Source of the DNA: the human T2T-CHM13v2.0 reference genome, Homo sapiens
Length of the DNA stretch: 64,000 bases
Strand: one strand, 5' to 3'
NCBI RefSeq assembly: GCF_009914755.1
Contig: NC_060935.1
The notes beneath the pieces are model-generated. The model had not been told where the DNA came from, ran no database searches, and saw only the letters and a list, made by a program, of their open reading frames with translations. Positions 1 to 10,934 of this stretch are shown piece after piece. Numbering within the stretch: the first letter of the stretch is position 1; every line of letters starts with the position of its first letter. The translations under genes were made by a program, and so were the position numbers.

Positions 1-2139
1 CTCGTTGATCTAATATGGACGATGAGGTGTTAAACTCTCCCACTATTATTGTGTGGGAGTCTAAGTCTCTTTGTAGGTCTCTAAGGACTTGCTTTATGAA
101 TCTGGGTGCTCCTGTATTGGGTGCATATATATTTAGGATAGTTAACTCATCTTGTTGCACTGATCCCTTTGCCATTATGTAATGCCCTTCTTTGTCTCTT
201 TTGATCTTTGTTGGTTTAAAGTCTGTTTTATCAGAGACTAGGATTGCAACCCTTGCTTTTTTTTGCTTTCCATTTACTCTGTAAATTCTTCCTCCATCCC
301 TTTATTTTGAGCCTATGTGTGTCTTTGCACGTGAGATGGGACTCCTGAACACAGCACACTGATGGGTCTTGACTCTTTATCTAGTTTGCCAGTCTGTGTC
401 TTTTAATTGGGGCATTTAGCCCATTTACATTTAAGGTTAATATTGTTATGTGTGAATTTGATCCTGTCATTATGATGCTAGCTGGTTATTTTGCCCATTA
501 GTTGATGCAGTTTCTTCATAGTGTCGATGGTCTTTATAATTTGATATGTTTTTGCAGTGGCTGGTACTGGTTTTTCCTTTCGATATTTAGTGCTTCCTTC
601 AGGAGCTCTTGTGAGGCAGGCCTGGTGGTGACAAAATCTCTTAGCATTTGCTTGTCTGTAAAGGATTTTATTTCTTTTTCGCTTATGAAGCTTAGTTTGG
701 TTGGATATAAAATTCTGGGTTGAAAATCTTTTCTTTAAGAATGTTGAATATTGGCCCTCACTCTCTTCTTGCTTGTAGGGTTTCTGTAGAGATACCCGCT
801 GTTAGTCTGATGGACTTCCCGTTGTGGGTAACCTGACCTTTCTCTCTGGCTGCCCTTAACATATTTTCCTTCATTTCAACCTTGGTGAATCTGACAATTA
901 TGTATCTTGGGGTTGCTCTTCTCGAGGAGTATCTTTGTGGTGTTCTCTGTATTGCTTGAATTTGAATGTTGGCCTGTCTTGCTAAGTTGGGAAGTTCTTC
1001 TGGGTAATATCCTGAAGAGTGTTTTCAAACCTGGTTCCATTCTCCCCATCATTTTCAGGTACACCAATCAAACATAGGTTTGGTCTTTTCATGTAGTCCC
1101 ATATTTCTTGGAGGCTTCCTTCGTTCCTTTTTAGTCTTTTTTTTTCTAATCTTGTCTTCACACGTTATTTTATTAAGTTGATCTTCAGTCTCTGATATCC
1201 TTTTTCCACTTGATCAGTTTGGCTATTGATATGTGTTTATGCTTCACAAAGTTCTCATGCTGTGTTTTTCAGCTCCATCACGTCATTTATTTTCTTCTCT
1301 AAACTGGTTATTCTAGTTAGCAATTCCTCTAACCTTTTTTCATGGTTCTTAGCTTCCTTGCATTGGGTTAGAACATGCTTCTTTACCTCAGAGGAGTTTG
1401 TTATTACCCACCTTCTGAAGCCTATTTCTGTCATTCCTCAAACTTATTCTCTGTCCAGTTTTGTTTCCTTCCTGGCCAGGAGTTGTGATCCTTTGGAGGA
1501 GAAGAGGCATTCTGGTTTTTGGAATTTTCAGCCTTTTTGCACTGGTTTTTCCTTATCTTTGTGAATTTATCTACCTTTGTTCTTTGATGTTGGTGACCTT
1601 CCGATGGGGTTTCTGTGTGGACATCCTTTTTGTTGATGTTGTTGTTACTCCTTTCTGTTTGTTAAATTTTCTTTCTAACAGTCAGGCCCCTATGCTGCAG
1701 GTCTGTTGGAGTTTGCTGGAAGTTTACTCCAGACCCTGTTTGCGTGGGTATTCACCAGCTGAGGCTGCAGAACAGCAAAGATTGCTGCGTGTTCCTTCCT
1801 CTGGAAGCTTTGTCCCAGAGTGGCATCCATCAGATGCCAGCTGGAGGTCTCCTGTATGAGGTGTCTGTTGACCTGTGCTGGGAGGTGTCTCCCAGTCAGA
1901 AGGCATGGGGGTCAAGGACTCACTTGAGGAGGCACTTTGTCCCTTAGCAGAGCTCCAGTGCTGTGCTGGGCGATCCACTGCTCTCTTCAGAGCTGGCAGG
2001 CAGGAACGTTTAAGTTTGTGGAAGCTGGGCCCACAGCCTCCTCTTCCCCAGGTTTTCTGTCCCAGGCAGATGGGAGTTCTATCTATAAGCCCCTGCCTGG
2101 GGCTGCTGGCTTTCTTTCAGAGATGCCCTGGCCAGAGAG
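1..2139 (-). mobile_element. L1PA7/8-like LINE-1 5' portion (partial 5'UTR, ORF1, ORF2 endonuclease region), degenerate; continues off the window start
   Basis: Minus strand reads the ORF2 start ATGACAGGATCAAATTCACAC at 470. ORF1 spans ~534-1556 with its start mutated to ATA. L1P3-type 5'UTR at 1557-2139 is truncated. Confidence 0.93.
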
Positions 2140-2344
2140 CAAAGGAGGTACATCTTCAAACTGAGCTTTGAAGAAACTAATGAGCATTAAGCAAGGAGAA
2201 GAGGCCAAAAGGCTTTGCCAGTTAGGAGAAACAATATGAAAAGGGGCATAGTTGAAGATTAAAGTGAGGTACTAGGGACAGGTAACTTTAATTGCAGAAT
2301 CTAAAAGGAAAGCAGGGTGGGTGGTGTCATGTTGAAGGGAAGTA

Positions 2345-2590
2345 ACATTTGTTGAATGCCTTTATATGCCCTAGGTGCATTATAATTATCCAGCTCATTC
2401 ATACATCAAAACAACTTTCCATTTTTGGTACTCTTATCACTGTTTTTCCAAAAGAGGTATTTCAGGTTCAAGACAGTGTAGTGTTTTTTGTTTTTTTTTT
2501 AATCACATTTCCCTGAGAATTTGTGATATGAGTGCTGAGGGTATTGATAAGCTTGTGGTAGAATCAAGAATTAGTATTCTGTCTCCCAAC
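2345..2590 (-). mobile_element. MIR fragment
   Basis: aacatttgttgaatgcctttatatgcc... resembles the reverse MIR 3' end and core. Confidence 0.45.
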
Positions 2591-2721
2591 TGGAGTAGCC
2601 AGTGTCCTATGCTAAGCCAGTACTGCAAACATATATGTTAAGCAGGGATTCATAGGTAACCTCATGACAAAATTATCAGCTAAGGGAAATAATGAAAAAA
2701 TACTAGTCTGCATGTCAGTAG

Positions 2722-2838
2722 ACTTTACTAGCTGAGACCTTGGACAGTTTACTGAACTCCTCACAACTTCAGCTTTATACTTCAGAAAATGAGCTGATTA
2801 GATGATCTTTAAGGTCCTATATGGCTTTAACATTTTCT
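2722..2838 (+). mobile_element. MIR/MIR3 fragment
   Basis: ttactagctgagaccttggacagtttactgaactcc core, then ttagatgatctttaaggtcc tail. Confidence 0.55.
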
Positions 2839-2874
2839 GCTTACAGGCAGCTTTGTATACCCTTTCTGCCTAGG

Positions 2875-3198
2875 TAGTGGTGTCCGACCTTTTTGGCACG
2901 AGGGACCGGCTTCGTCGAAGACAATTTTTCCACGGGGGGCTTGGTTTTGGGATGAAACTGTTCTACCTCACATCATCATCAGATTATCAAAGGGAGCACA
3001 CAACCTAGATCCCTCCCATGTGCAGTTCAAAATAGGGTTCACACTCTTATGAGGATCTGCTGCCACAGCTGATCTGACAGGAGGCCGAGCTCAGGCAGTA
3101 ATGCTTGCTTGCTTGCTGCTCACCTCCTGTTGTGCGGCCTGGTTCCTAACAAGCCAGGGACCAGTACCTGTACATCTCCCAGGGGTTGGGAACCCCTG
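2875..3198 (+). mobile_element. MER1B (hAT-Charlie MITE)
   Basis: acctttttggcacgagggaccggcttcgtcgaagacaatttttccacgg...ggggttgggaacccctg; terminal inverted repeats. Confidence 0.9.
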
Positions 3199-3220
3199 TG
3201 CTTAATTAAGCCTTTAAAGT

Positions 3221-3396
3221 TGTGGTTATAAACTTTCACCGAGCTTGAGAATTGCCCATAGAGCTCTTCAAAACTATAGGTACCTGGGCTCCATCACCAA
3301 AGACTTTGTCTATGAGGTCCAGTTTGGGGCTCCAGTATCTATATTTTTTAAAATGTCCGCTGATTTTAATACTTAGCTACTGTTGTAAACCACTGT
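3221..3396. mobile_element. MER5-like hAT MITE
   Basis: gtggttataaac...gtaaaccactg termini with a MER5-like interior. Confidence 0.55.
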
Positions 3397-4296
3397 TTTA
3401 GAAGTATTTTTTAATTCTTTCTTCTTTGAACTCAAGGAAGGTACACTCTGTATGAGACAAAACAGGTTAAGAAATAGAAAAGAAATTTAAAGTATATTTA
3501 AAGATTTTTGTATGTAAAGTAGAACAGAGTATTAAGGTTTGTTGCTGTTTTAGCAAGAAGGAAAAGTAGGTTTTTTTTTTTTACCTACTTTTGTTTTGTA
3601 TTACGACACGGTATTAGGTATTCTGAATGATTTATTAGAATGGATTTTTTTTAAACCTTCCAGGAGCATGGTGTACATAAGTAATATAGAATATTTAATT
3701 TTAGACTGATTGCTAGAGTGAGAGTAGGGACTCTTTGTTAGGGATTTCTATTTCTTAAAGTTTAACACCTGGCTGGCACAAAATAAAGATCTCAATATAT
3801 GTCTGATGAATAAGTAAAAGATTTATTGAGACAGAACTCAAGTGGCAAATACTACTTTAATTCAATCAGCTTTCATTTAAGATAAGTATATCTTTATGGA
3901 TTTGTATGGATAATTATAAATATTGGTGTTATTTTAAAATCATGATATTTATAATACAGTGATAATTATTTTTGACATTAAATTTTTTCATGAAGAATAT
4001 TCGTGAATTAAATAATTAAATAATATTTAAAGAATACAATTTACATATTTGATATTTCTTATGCACAAAGATACTTGATTATTCAGATATTAAGATATAT
4101 TTCCAACATTACTAAAATTATTATACTTAATTTTAATATTATATTTAAAGAAACCAAGCATTTTCTTACTGTTGAATGTGAATTCTTTATACAAGGAAAC
4201 CTAGAAGTAAACTCTCAAATGTATATTTTTAATGTTGCATCTATTTTTTCTTATATATTTTTGTTATTATTTTTGTCTTTACTGCTTCCCTTCTAG

Positions 4297-4315
4297 CACT
4301 ACCTCAGGAAAAAAT
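4297..4315 (+). other. Candidate 19-nt micro-exon CACTACCTCAGGAAAAAAT
   Basis: 87-nt AG-free T-rich zone, then ...actgcttcccttctag acceptor and gtaagt donor; unique sequence. Confidence 0.6.
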
Positions 4316-5815
4316 GTAAGTCTTTAATAAGCAAAGTATTAGTTCAAGTAGTTCAAGTAGTGAAATCTCTGAGACTGATGCCTAGTAGAATGCCAGGAAC
4401 TGGTGGCTTGTAAAATCTAATCAAATAAACAAATATTCATTGATAGCGTCCTAAAGGCAAATGTGATGCGTGGCACTGGAATCAGATCTAGTGTTCCTTC
4501 TTTTTTCTTTGTTCCCCTGAATAATTATTATGAGGTAGATTAGTAGATACTGGGTTTTAATTGTAAACTAAACCAAAATGGTTTCAGCTTTCAAAAAGTT
4601 TTATAGTCTAGTGGCTGAGTCATAACCTGCTACTTAGTACCTTGCCAGTGTTGTCTTCTGTAAACAGACCAGCAGCAAGCTCATGCATTGCTTTTGTGAG
4701 AAATAAATTAGATAATGTCTATAAGGCAGCTAGCACAATGTCTGCCACATGTCTGCCACAAAATAAGCCTATTAGAATTAGCCTGTTCTAAATCTTAACT
4801 TATTTTTATTTTATTACATATGTTGTATTATTTTCTATATTGGGGTGAGTAAATGGAGATCTTATGTTTATTTATAACAGTGTGTGAACTGGTAGTTGAT
4901 AATAAAAGACAGAGTTTTGATATTTTGATCGACAGCTATACTAATAGCAGTGTTATTGGCACTTCTGAGTGATTATTTCCTTCCTGTGTGAGTCATGATA
5001 TTTGGGTTGGCATTTGTTGCCAGTGCGCTCTGCTGTCTAGTGCCAGTATCTCAGTAATATACAAAACATGTTTAATCACAAACTTGATGTGTACTACTCA
5101 ACCAAATTCTGCTGATCATGTTTTTGTTTCTTTGCATACAGTAAATATAACAAGGGAAGTGCAATAATAGAAAAAACTGACTTGTAGAAACAAACATGAG
5201 AATACTGTTAGCCAAACAGGGTAAAGTTATAACATGGTGAAAACTTAGTTTTGATAATTGCAAGTCTTAGTTGAGCAGAAGTCCCACTGAGATTGATGAG
5301 ACACTGGCCTTCTAGAAATGCAGACTAAGGCTTAGTTGATCCTGTCAAAGAAAATTGGATTATCACTTTTGCAATAAGACCTCTGATTTATCTATCATAT
5401 TTTAATGGGAAGAAAATATTAAGATACCTTACACATGTCTATTGCCACTGAAATATACTTTCTATTAACATGATTCACTTCTGCCAATATCCCCATATCA
5501 TGTAGGAAAAAAAAGAATTCTGACCACTCTAGAATGTTCCTGATAACTTTTTCAAGTCTATTCTTTTATTCTTCTGTTGTTGGTTTTCAAAGTGTATACT
5601 TAGTAAGCTCTACATAATCTATTAGAATATAGCCTAGAAGAGTTAGAATGATTTTTCCTTTTTAAGCAGCAATTCAAATATAGCAGTGTTAAAAAGCATG
5701 TGGGGAGAATGGATAGCATCTAGAGAAGAAGAGAGGAAATAAGTATGGAAAAGAATCTTGAGAAAAAGGAAAGAGATATGATATGGCCTAGGGAGTATTT
5801 ATTATAAGCAAGGTA

Positions 5816-6029
5816 CAGTAAGTCCTCACGTCATGTCATCGATAGCTCCTTGGAAACTGTGACTTTAAGTGAAATGGCTTACAGCAGGTCCTCCAATCAT
5901 ATCCCTTTGTTCAATGCCCTTTTGTTATAACATTGATGAGGGGAAAAATAGTTTTGTTTGTCATACATTGTTTCACTTAAAATAGCAGTTGTCAAGAACC
6001 TATCAAGGACATTATGTTCAGATTTACTG
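5816..6029. mobile_element. MER6B-like TcMar-Tigger MITE
   Basis: cagtaagtcctcac...gatttactg with long internal inverted arms and TA target duplication on both sides. Confidence 0.85.
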
Positions 6030-7032
6030 TATGTACAGAGACATCCCAATCCTATCTCTAATGTGGTGGGAAGAAATTAGTTTTGAACACAGAACAGAAA
6101 GTTTGAGATAACTGAAGCCACTGGTCATCACTTTCAGGGTGATAAAGCATTAAAAAAGGCTTCAAGAAGGTTGTGGAGTTACTATTAATATCTTGCTCAT
6201 GTAGAAGAAATGTATCTTTTAATAGCCATAAGTCTGGATGGTATAGATACTGAACCACAAGAGGAAGAAGACTGGACTAAGTATAATAATATCTTGATAT
6301 TTATTTCAGTTCTCCAATTCCATGAATCAAAACAACATATTATATTTTGGCAGGTTCTTAGAAAATTTATACTTCATGCCAGAATCACATCATAAAACAT
6401 TAAGCTTCAGAATTTGTATTTTATTCTTTCTGGAATATTTTATCCTTGTCACTAAATCTGCTTTAAATAGCTTACTGTGTTATATGCATTATTGCATACT
6501 CCTGATGAACAAATAGTTTATTTTGAAAAGTTGGTGTAGACCAAGAAGGCCAAAGGTCAAACCAAGATTTTAAAAATATCAGATCATAATGTTTAAGTTT
6601 GTTGGCCTTGTCTGTACCAACTCTGTGTGTGCCTTTCTACACTGAGATGATTATCTTTTGAAATTCACTTATTTTCTTCATAATAGTCACTCTGCTTTTG
6701 ATTTAAATACAAAAATAAATGTGTCATAATTTTGTCCTTAAACAAAACAAACAACGTCTGTTTAAGTATGGAACAATTAGGTTTTATTTTTCAAAAATTA
6801 GAAGGGTTCTTAAGATCATATCAATTTGTTTTGATTCTAATGGGAAGAGCTTTAGGTCAAGAAAGCAATTATTTCCACATGGGTAAGGCTGTACCTCCGC
6901 TACACCAACCACCCACTAAACTTAAATTTGTCTACTCTGGTTGTATAGCTAGATGTGGTTGAATGTATTAGAAGACACAGGCTTTATTTAAGAAACAAAG
7001 ATTTTAGATCTATAGAAAATGTTTCTTTGTAG

Positions 7033-7066
7033 AAACATACCAAAAGAATTTTGCATATAATATTAG
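7033..7066 (+). other. Candidate 34-nt exon
   Basis: gtttctttgtag acceptor with a short pyrimidine tract; TAG|gtgagt donor. Confidence 0.25.
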
Positions 7067-7205
7067 GTGAGTTCAGCGGCAAGTAACTTAAACACTTTGA
7101 ATTAGCAAATAAATTTAACTTTATACATATGTGTATGGCCAAATGTAATTTTTACCATTTTGTTTGCACATCATTTTTATTTTTAATTGACTTTTTTGTT
7201 CTCAG

Positions 7206-7208
7206 TAG
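7206..7208 (+). other. Candidate 3-nt micro-exon (TAG) or recursive splice site
   Basis: 98-nt AG-free zone, then ttgacttttttgttctcag|TAG|gtaagt. Confidence 0.45.
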
Positions 7209-7213
7209 GTAAG

Positions 7214-7633
7214 TGCTGTAGTTTGGATATTTGACCCTCCAAACCTCATGTTGAAATTTGATCACCAGTGTTGGAGGTGGGGCCTAATGGGAGGTGTTTG
7301 GGTCATGGGGGCAGATTCCTTATCAATGACTTGGTGCCTTCCTTGTGGTAATGAGTGAGTTTCTATTCTGTTAGTTCCCGTGAGAGCTGGTTGTTAGAAA
7401 GAGCCTGGCACCTCCCTGCCCCTTCCTGTCTCCCCATGTGATGTCTTCACATGCCGGCTCCCCTTTGCCTTCTGTCATGAAGAGAAGCAGCTTGAGGCCC
7501 TTACCATATGCATATGCTAGCCCCATGTGTCTTGTACAGGCTGCAGAACCATGAGCCAAATGAATCCCTTTTTAAAAAAATAAATCACCCAATCTCAGGT
7601 ATTCCTTTTTAGTAACACAAATGGACTAAGATA
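7214..7633 (+). mobile_element. MSTB-like MaLR solo LTR
   Basis: tgctgtagtttggatatttgaccctccaaacctcatgttgaaatttgatc...aatggactaagata; 5-bp TSD gtaag/gtgag. Confidence 0.9.
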
Positions 7634-8829
7634 GTGAGTTTGCTATATAATGGCAAGTATTATTTGAGATGGTTCAGTAGGGATGTGGCAGGTCAGAACA
7701 GAGAAGATTTGTATTTAATGATAAAGAGATGTCATTAATTTCAAATAGGAGATTGTACAAATTTCCATATACCTTTGAATTTTAGAGGATTGAAGTCCAT
7801 GGGAAAGATTGTTAAGGTAGGTTGAAGAGTTGAAGGAATTTGATAAAAGTCTGGTTTAGTGATTTTCACTGTAGTGGTTTTAGCCTAATGGCTGGGATTG
7901 AAGTCAGGTTATAGTGGGTTAGGGAGTGAGTGAATGAGAGGGGAGGATGAATAAGATTTTACACATGTATACCTCTTTTTTCAGGAAGGTGTTTTCAAGA
8001 AGAGAATTAAAGGACAGTATCAAGAGGGAAAGCTCAGGGGTTAAAAAACAGTGCATCCCATGCATATAACAACTTTCTTTTCTTATTGTTTAAAGTGTCC
8101 CATTAGCCAGTGCTGAGTGCAAATCTGGCTTTAATATTAATATAATATACATGCTAGCAGTCCTTTTGATATAATTTTCAGTAATGGATTGTAAAATCAT
8201 CAAGTGAAAGAACATTTAATAGGCAGAATCACAGTTGACCGTAAAATCTCTGAGACTAATGAGAGCACATAGGACATTGGCTAACTCCAGATTGCCCCAA
8301 TTGAAAGCACTTTACCATTGCCTCGCCCTTTCATTTTAAAATATTTTCCACAAAATGTGGACCTAATCCATCCTACCTACATCCTACATCCTACTTGTGA
8401 GATTTTTAACCTCATTTATCATTGCTAATTTTGATAGAGTTCTGTATATCTAATGGAATGCTCTTAAGACAGTTGAAACCCTTCATTTCTTGTTATTTTT
8501 TCACTGACTGTTGCATTTAATAAGTATTTGGTGTTCATTATGAGAATACAGAATGAAGAAATACATGATTATTATAACTTTGAATGCCTTCTATAATCTT
8601 GGAAACTTATTAGATTTTAAAAACCAGTTTTATTGTGGTATAATAGCCATAAGTTATACTCACTGAAAGTGTGTAATTCAGTAATTTTTAAATATATTTA
8701 TGGAGTTATATAGCCATAATCAAATCTAGTTTTTGAATATTTCTATCACTCTAAAAAATATTTGTTGCTATCACTTCCCATTGCTACTCCCAGGCCCAGG
8801 TAACCACTAATCTTTTTGTCTCTTTTTTT

Positions 8830-9497
8830 CCATTTCCGCCCTCTGTGGGTATATTGTAATACAGTTCTGACACTAACTGCCCATCAATTAGTATCAGACT
8901 CCACAGGTTTAAGAGTTTAGCCCTCCAGAAGACTGCTCTCAATTCAGATGCCAGCCACAAATGCAGAACATTCATGCTTCTGACGACTGACTATAAAATT
9001 GGAGATTCCCAAATGTATAGGTTCAGTAATTCTCTGGAATGACTCACAGAGCTCACTAAAAATGTTATATAGTTTTATTATAAAGGGTACACATAAGACA
9101 AGGTTTGGAAGGGACCTGGACCTAAAGCTTCCATGCCCTCTCCCTGTAGAGTCAGGGTACATTACCCTCTCTGCATGTCAGTGTGTCCACCAAGCCTCAG
9201 TGTTCAGAGCTTTTATTGGGGTTTCAGTATATGGGTGTGATTGATTAAATTATTGGCCATGTGATTGAACTGTCTCCAGCTCCCCTCCTGTCCTTGGAGG
9301 TGCTGTTGGCCTAGAGTTCCAACCCTCTAATCATGTGTTTGGTTTTTTTGGTGACCAGTCCCTAGCTGGAAGCTATCACCATGAGCAACCTCATCAGCAT
9401 AGCAAAGACAGTACTGTCACCTTGAAATTCCAAGGGTTTTTGAAGCCCTGTGCCAGGAACTAGGAACAAAGTCCAGATATATTTTTATTATGCCACA
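8830..9497 (-). mobile_element. MER21-like ERVL LTR
   Basis: ttctgacacta...tcagactccacaggtttaag...gactcacagagctca...ttattatgccaca. Confidence 0.75.
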
Positions 9498-9587
9498 ATC
9501 TAAACTCTCTTTTTCTGAAAATTTTATATACATGTAATTATACAATATATGCCCTTTTGAGTCTGCCTTCCTTTCCTTAACATAATG

Positions 9588-9873
9588 CGTTTTGTTTTTT
9601 TGAGATGGAGTCTCACTGTCTTCCCCAGGCTGGAGTGATTTCAGCTCCCTGCAGCCTCTGCCTCCCAGGTTCAAGGGATTCTCCTGCCTGAGTCTCCTGA
9701 GTAGCTGGGACTACAGGGGTGCACCATTACACCTGGCTAATTTTTGTATTTTTAGTAGAGACGGGATTTCACCATGTTGGCCAGGTAAGTCTTGAACTCC
9801 TGACCTCAAGTGATCTGCCTGTCTCGGCCTCCCAAATTGCTGGGATTATAGGTGTGAGCCACCATGCCTGTCC
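9588..9873 (-). mobile_element. AluS
   Basis: Reverse Alu with TSD aacataatg (9579-9587/9874-9882). Confidence 0.95.
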
Positions 9874-10685
9874 AACATAATGTTTTTGAGGTTCATTCAT
9901 ATCAGTACTTTTTTTTTCCCTTTTCATGACTGAATAGTATTCCATTGTTTGGATTACATTTTGTTTATGGACATATTAATTGACCATTTGGATTATTTCC
10001 AGTTTTCAGTTATGAAAATTGGAGAGAAGTCTTTGGGTTGACATATGTTTTAATTTCTCTTGGCTTGATACCTAAATGTAGAATTGTTAGGTCATGAGAA
10101 TAATGCTTAAAAAAAAAGTAGTTCCATTTTACATTGCCACTTGGCAGTGTATGAGGGGTCCAGTTTGTCAGCATCCTTGCCAACATTTGGTATGATCAGA
10201 CTATTTTATTATAGCCATTCTAGAAATGTATGGTAATTTTTATGGTAATTTTCATTTCCCTAATGACTAGTGATGTTGGACTTCTTTTCATAGTGCTTAT
10301 TGGGCATTTGTATACATTTTGTGAAATGTCTATTAAATTTTCTTGCCCTTTTTTCATGGGGTTTATTGTCTTATTACTGAATTGCAGGAGGTGACTTTGA
10401 AAAGTTTTTCATTTTGGATCAAATCTTTTATTAAATATAGGATTTGGGAATATATTTTCCCAGATCGTGGCCTGTGTTTTCACTTTCTAAATAGTGCTTT
10501 TTGAAGACAAAATGTTCTAAATTTTGATGATGTTCCATTCATTAATTTTTTTTTCTGTTAGGAGCTATACTTTTGCTATCATATCCAAGAAATCTTTACC
10601 TAGTTGGGGGTCACAAAGATTTTCTCCTTTGTTTTTCATTTAGGTCTGTGATCTGTTTTGAGTTTACTTTTAAATATGGTGTGAG

Positions 10686-10720
10686 ATACTCTGGTTTCTC
10701 TTCAGATCATATAAGTCTTT
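10686..10720 (+). pseudogene. RNU5: 3'-truncated U5 snRNA retropseudogene
   Basis: ATACTCTGGTTTCTCTTCAGATC matches the exact 5' end of U5 snRNA; flanked by 19-bp direct repeats 10667-10685/10728-10746. Confidence 0.88.
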
Positions 10721-10934
10721 GTTTCATCTTTTAAATACGGTTTGAGGTGAAAATCCAAGTTCATTTTTTTTTAATTTTTTGCCTGTGTGTATTCAGTTGT
10801 ACCAGCAGCATTTTTTGAAAAGTCTGTCTTTGCCCATTGAATTGCTTTGGCATCTTTGTTAAAAAACAGTTGACCATAAATATCAGGATTTATGTCTAGA
10901 ATTTCTGTGGTTCTGATTCTACTAATATGGAGCA

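Larger units (their letters stand above)
8624..10925 (-). mobile_element. Old L1M (L1MB/ME-like) 3' region, interrupted by MER21, Alu and a U5 retrocopy
   Basis: Reverse L1 3'UTR motifs (ggtaaccactaatc, gaggttcattcat, tttccctaatgactagtgatgttg) are collinear across the inserts. Confidence 0.8.

Noticed and set aside
4299-4306. let-7 8-mer seed match CTACCTCA in the 19-nt exon
   Set aside because: A given 8-mer is expected about once per window of this size.
4340-4760. 9-11 bp tandem duplications (tagttcaag; atgtctgccac)
   Set aside because: Ordinary slippage events.
5816-6029. Long hairpin as a miRNA precursor
   Set aside because: Explained by the MER6B MITE palindrome.
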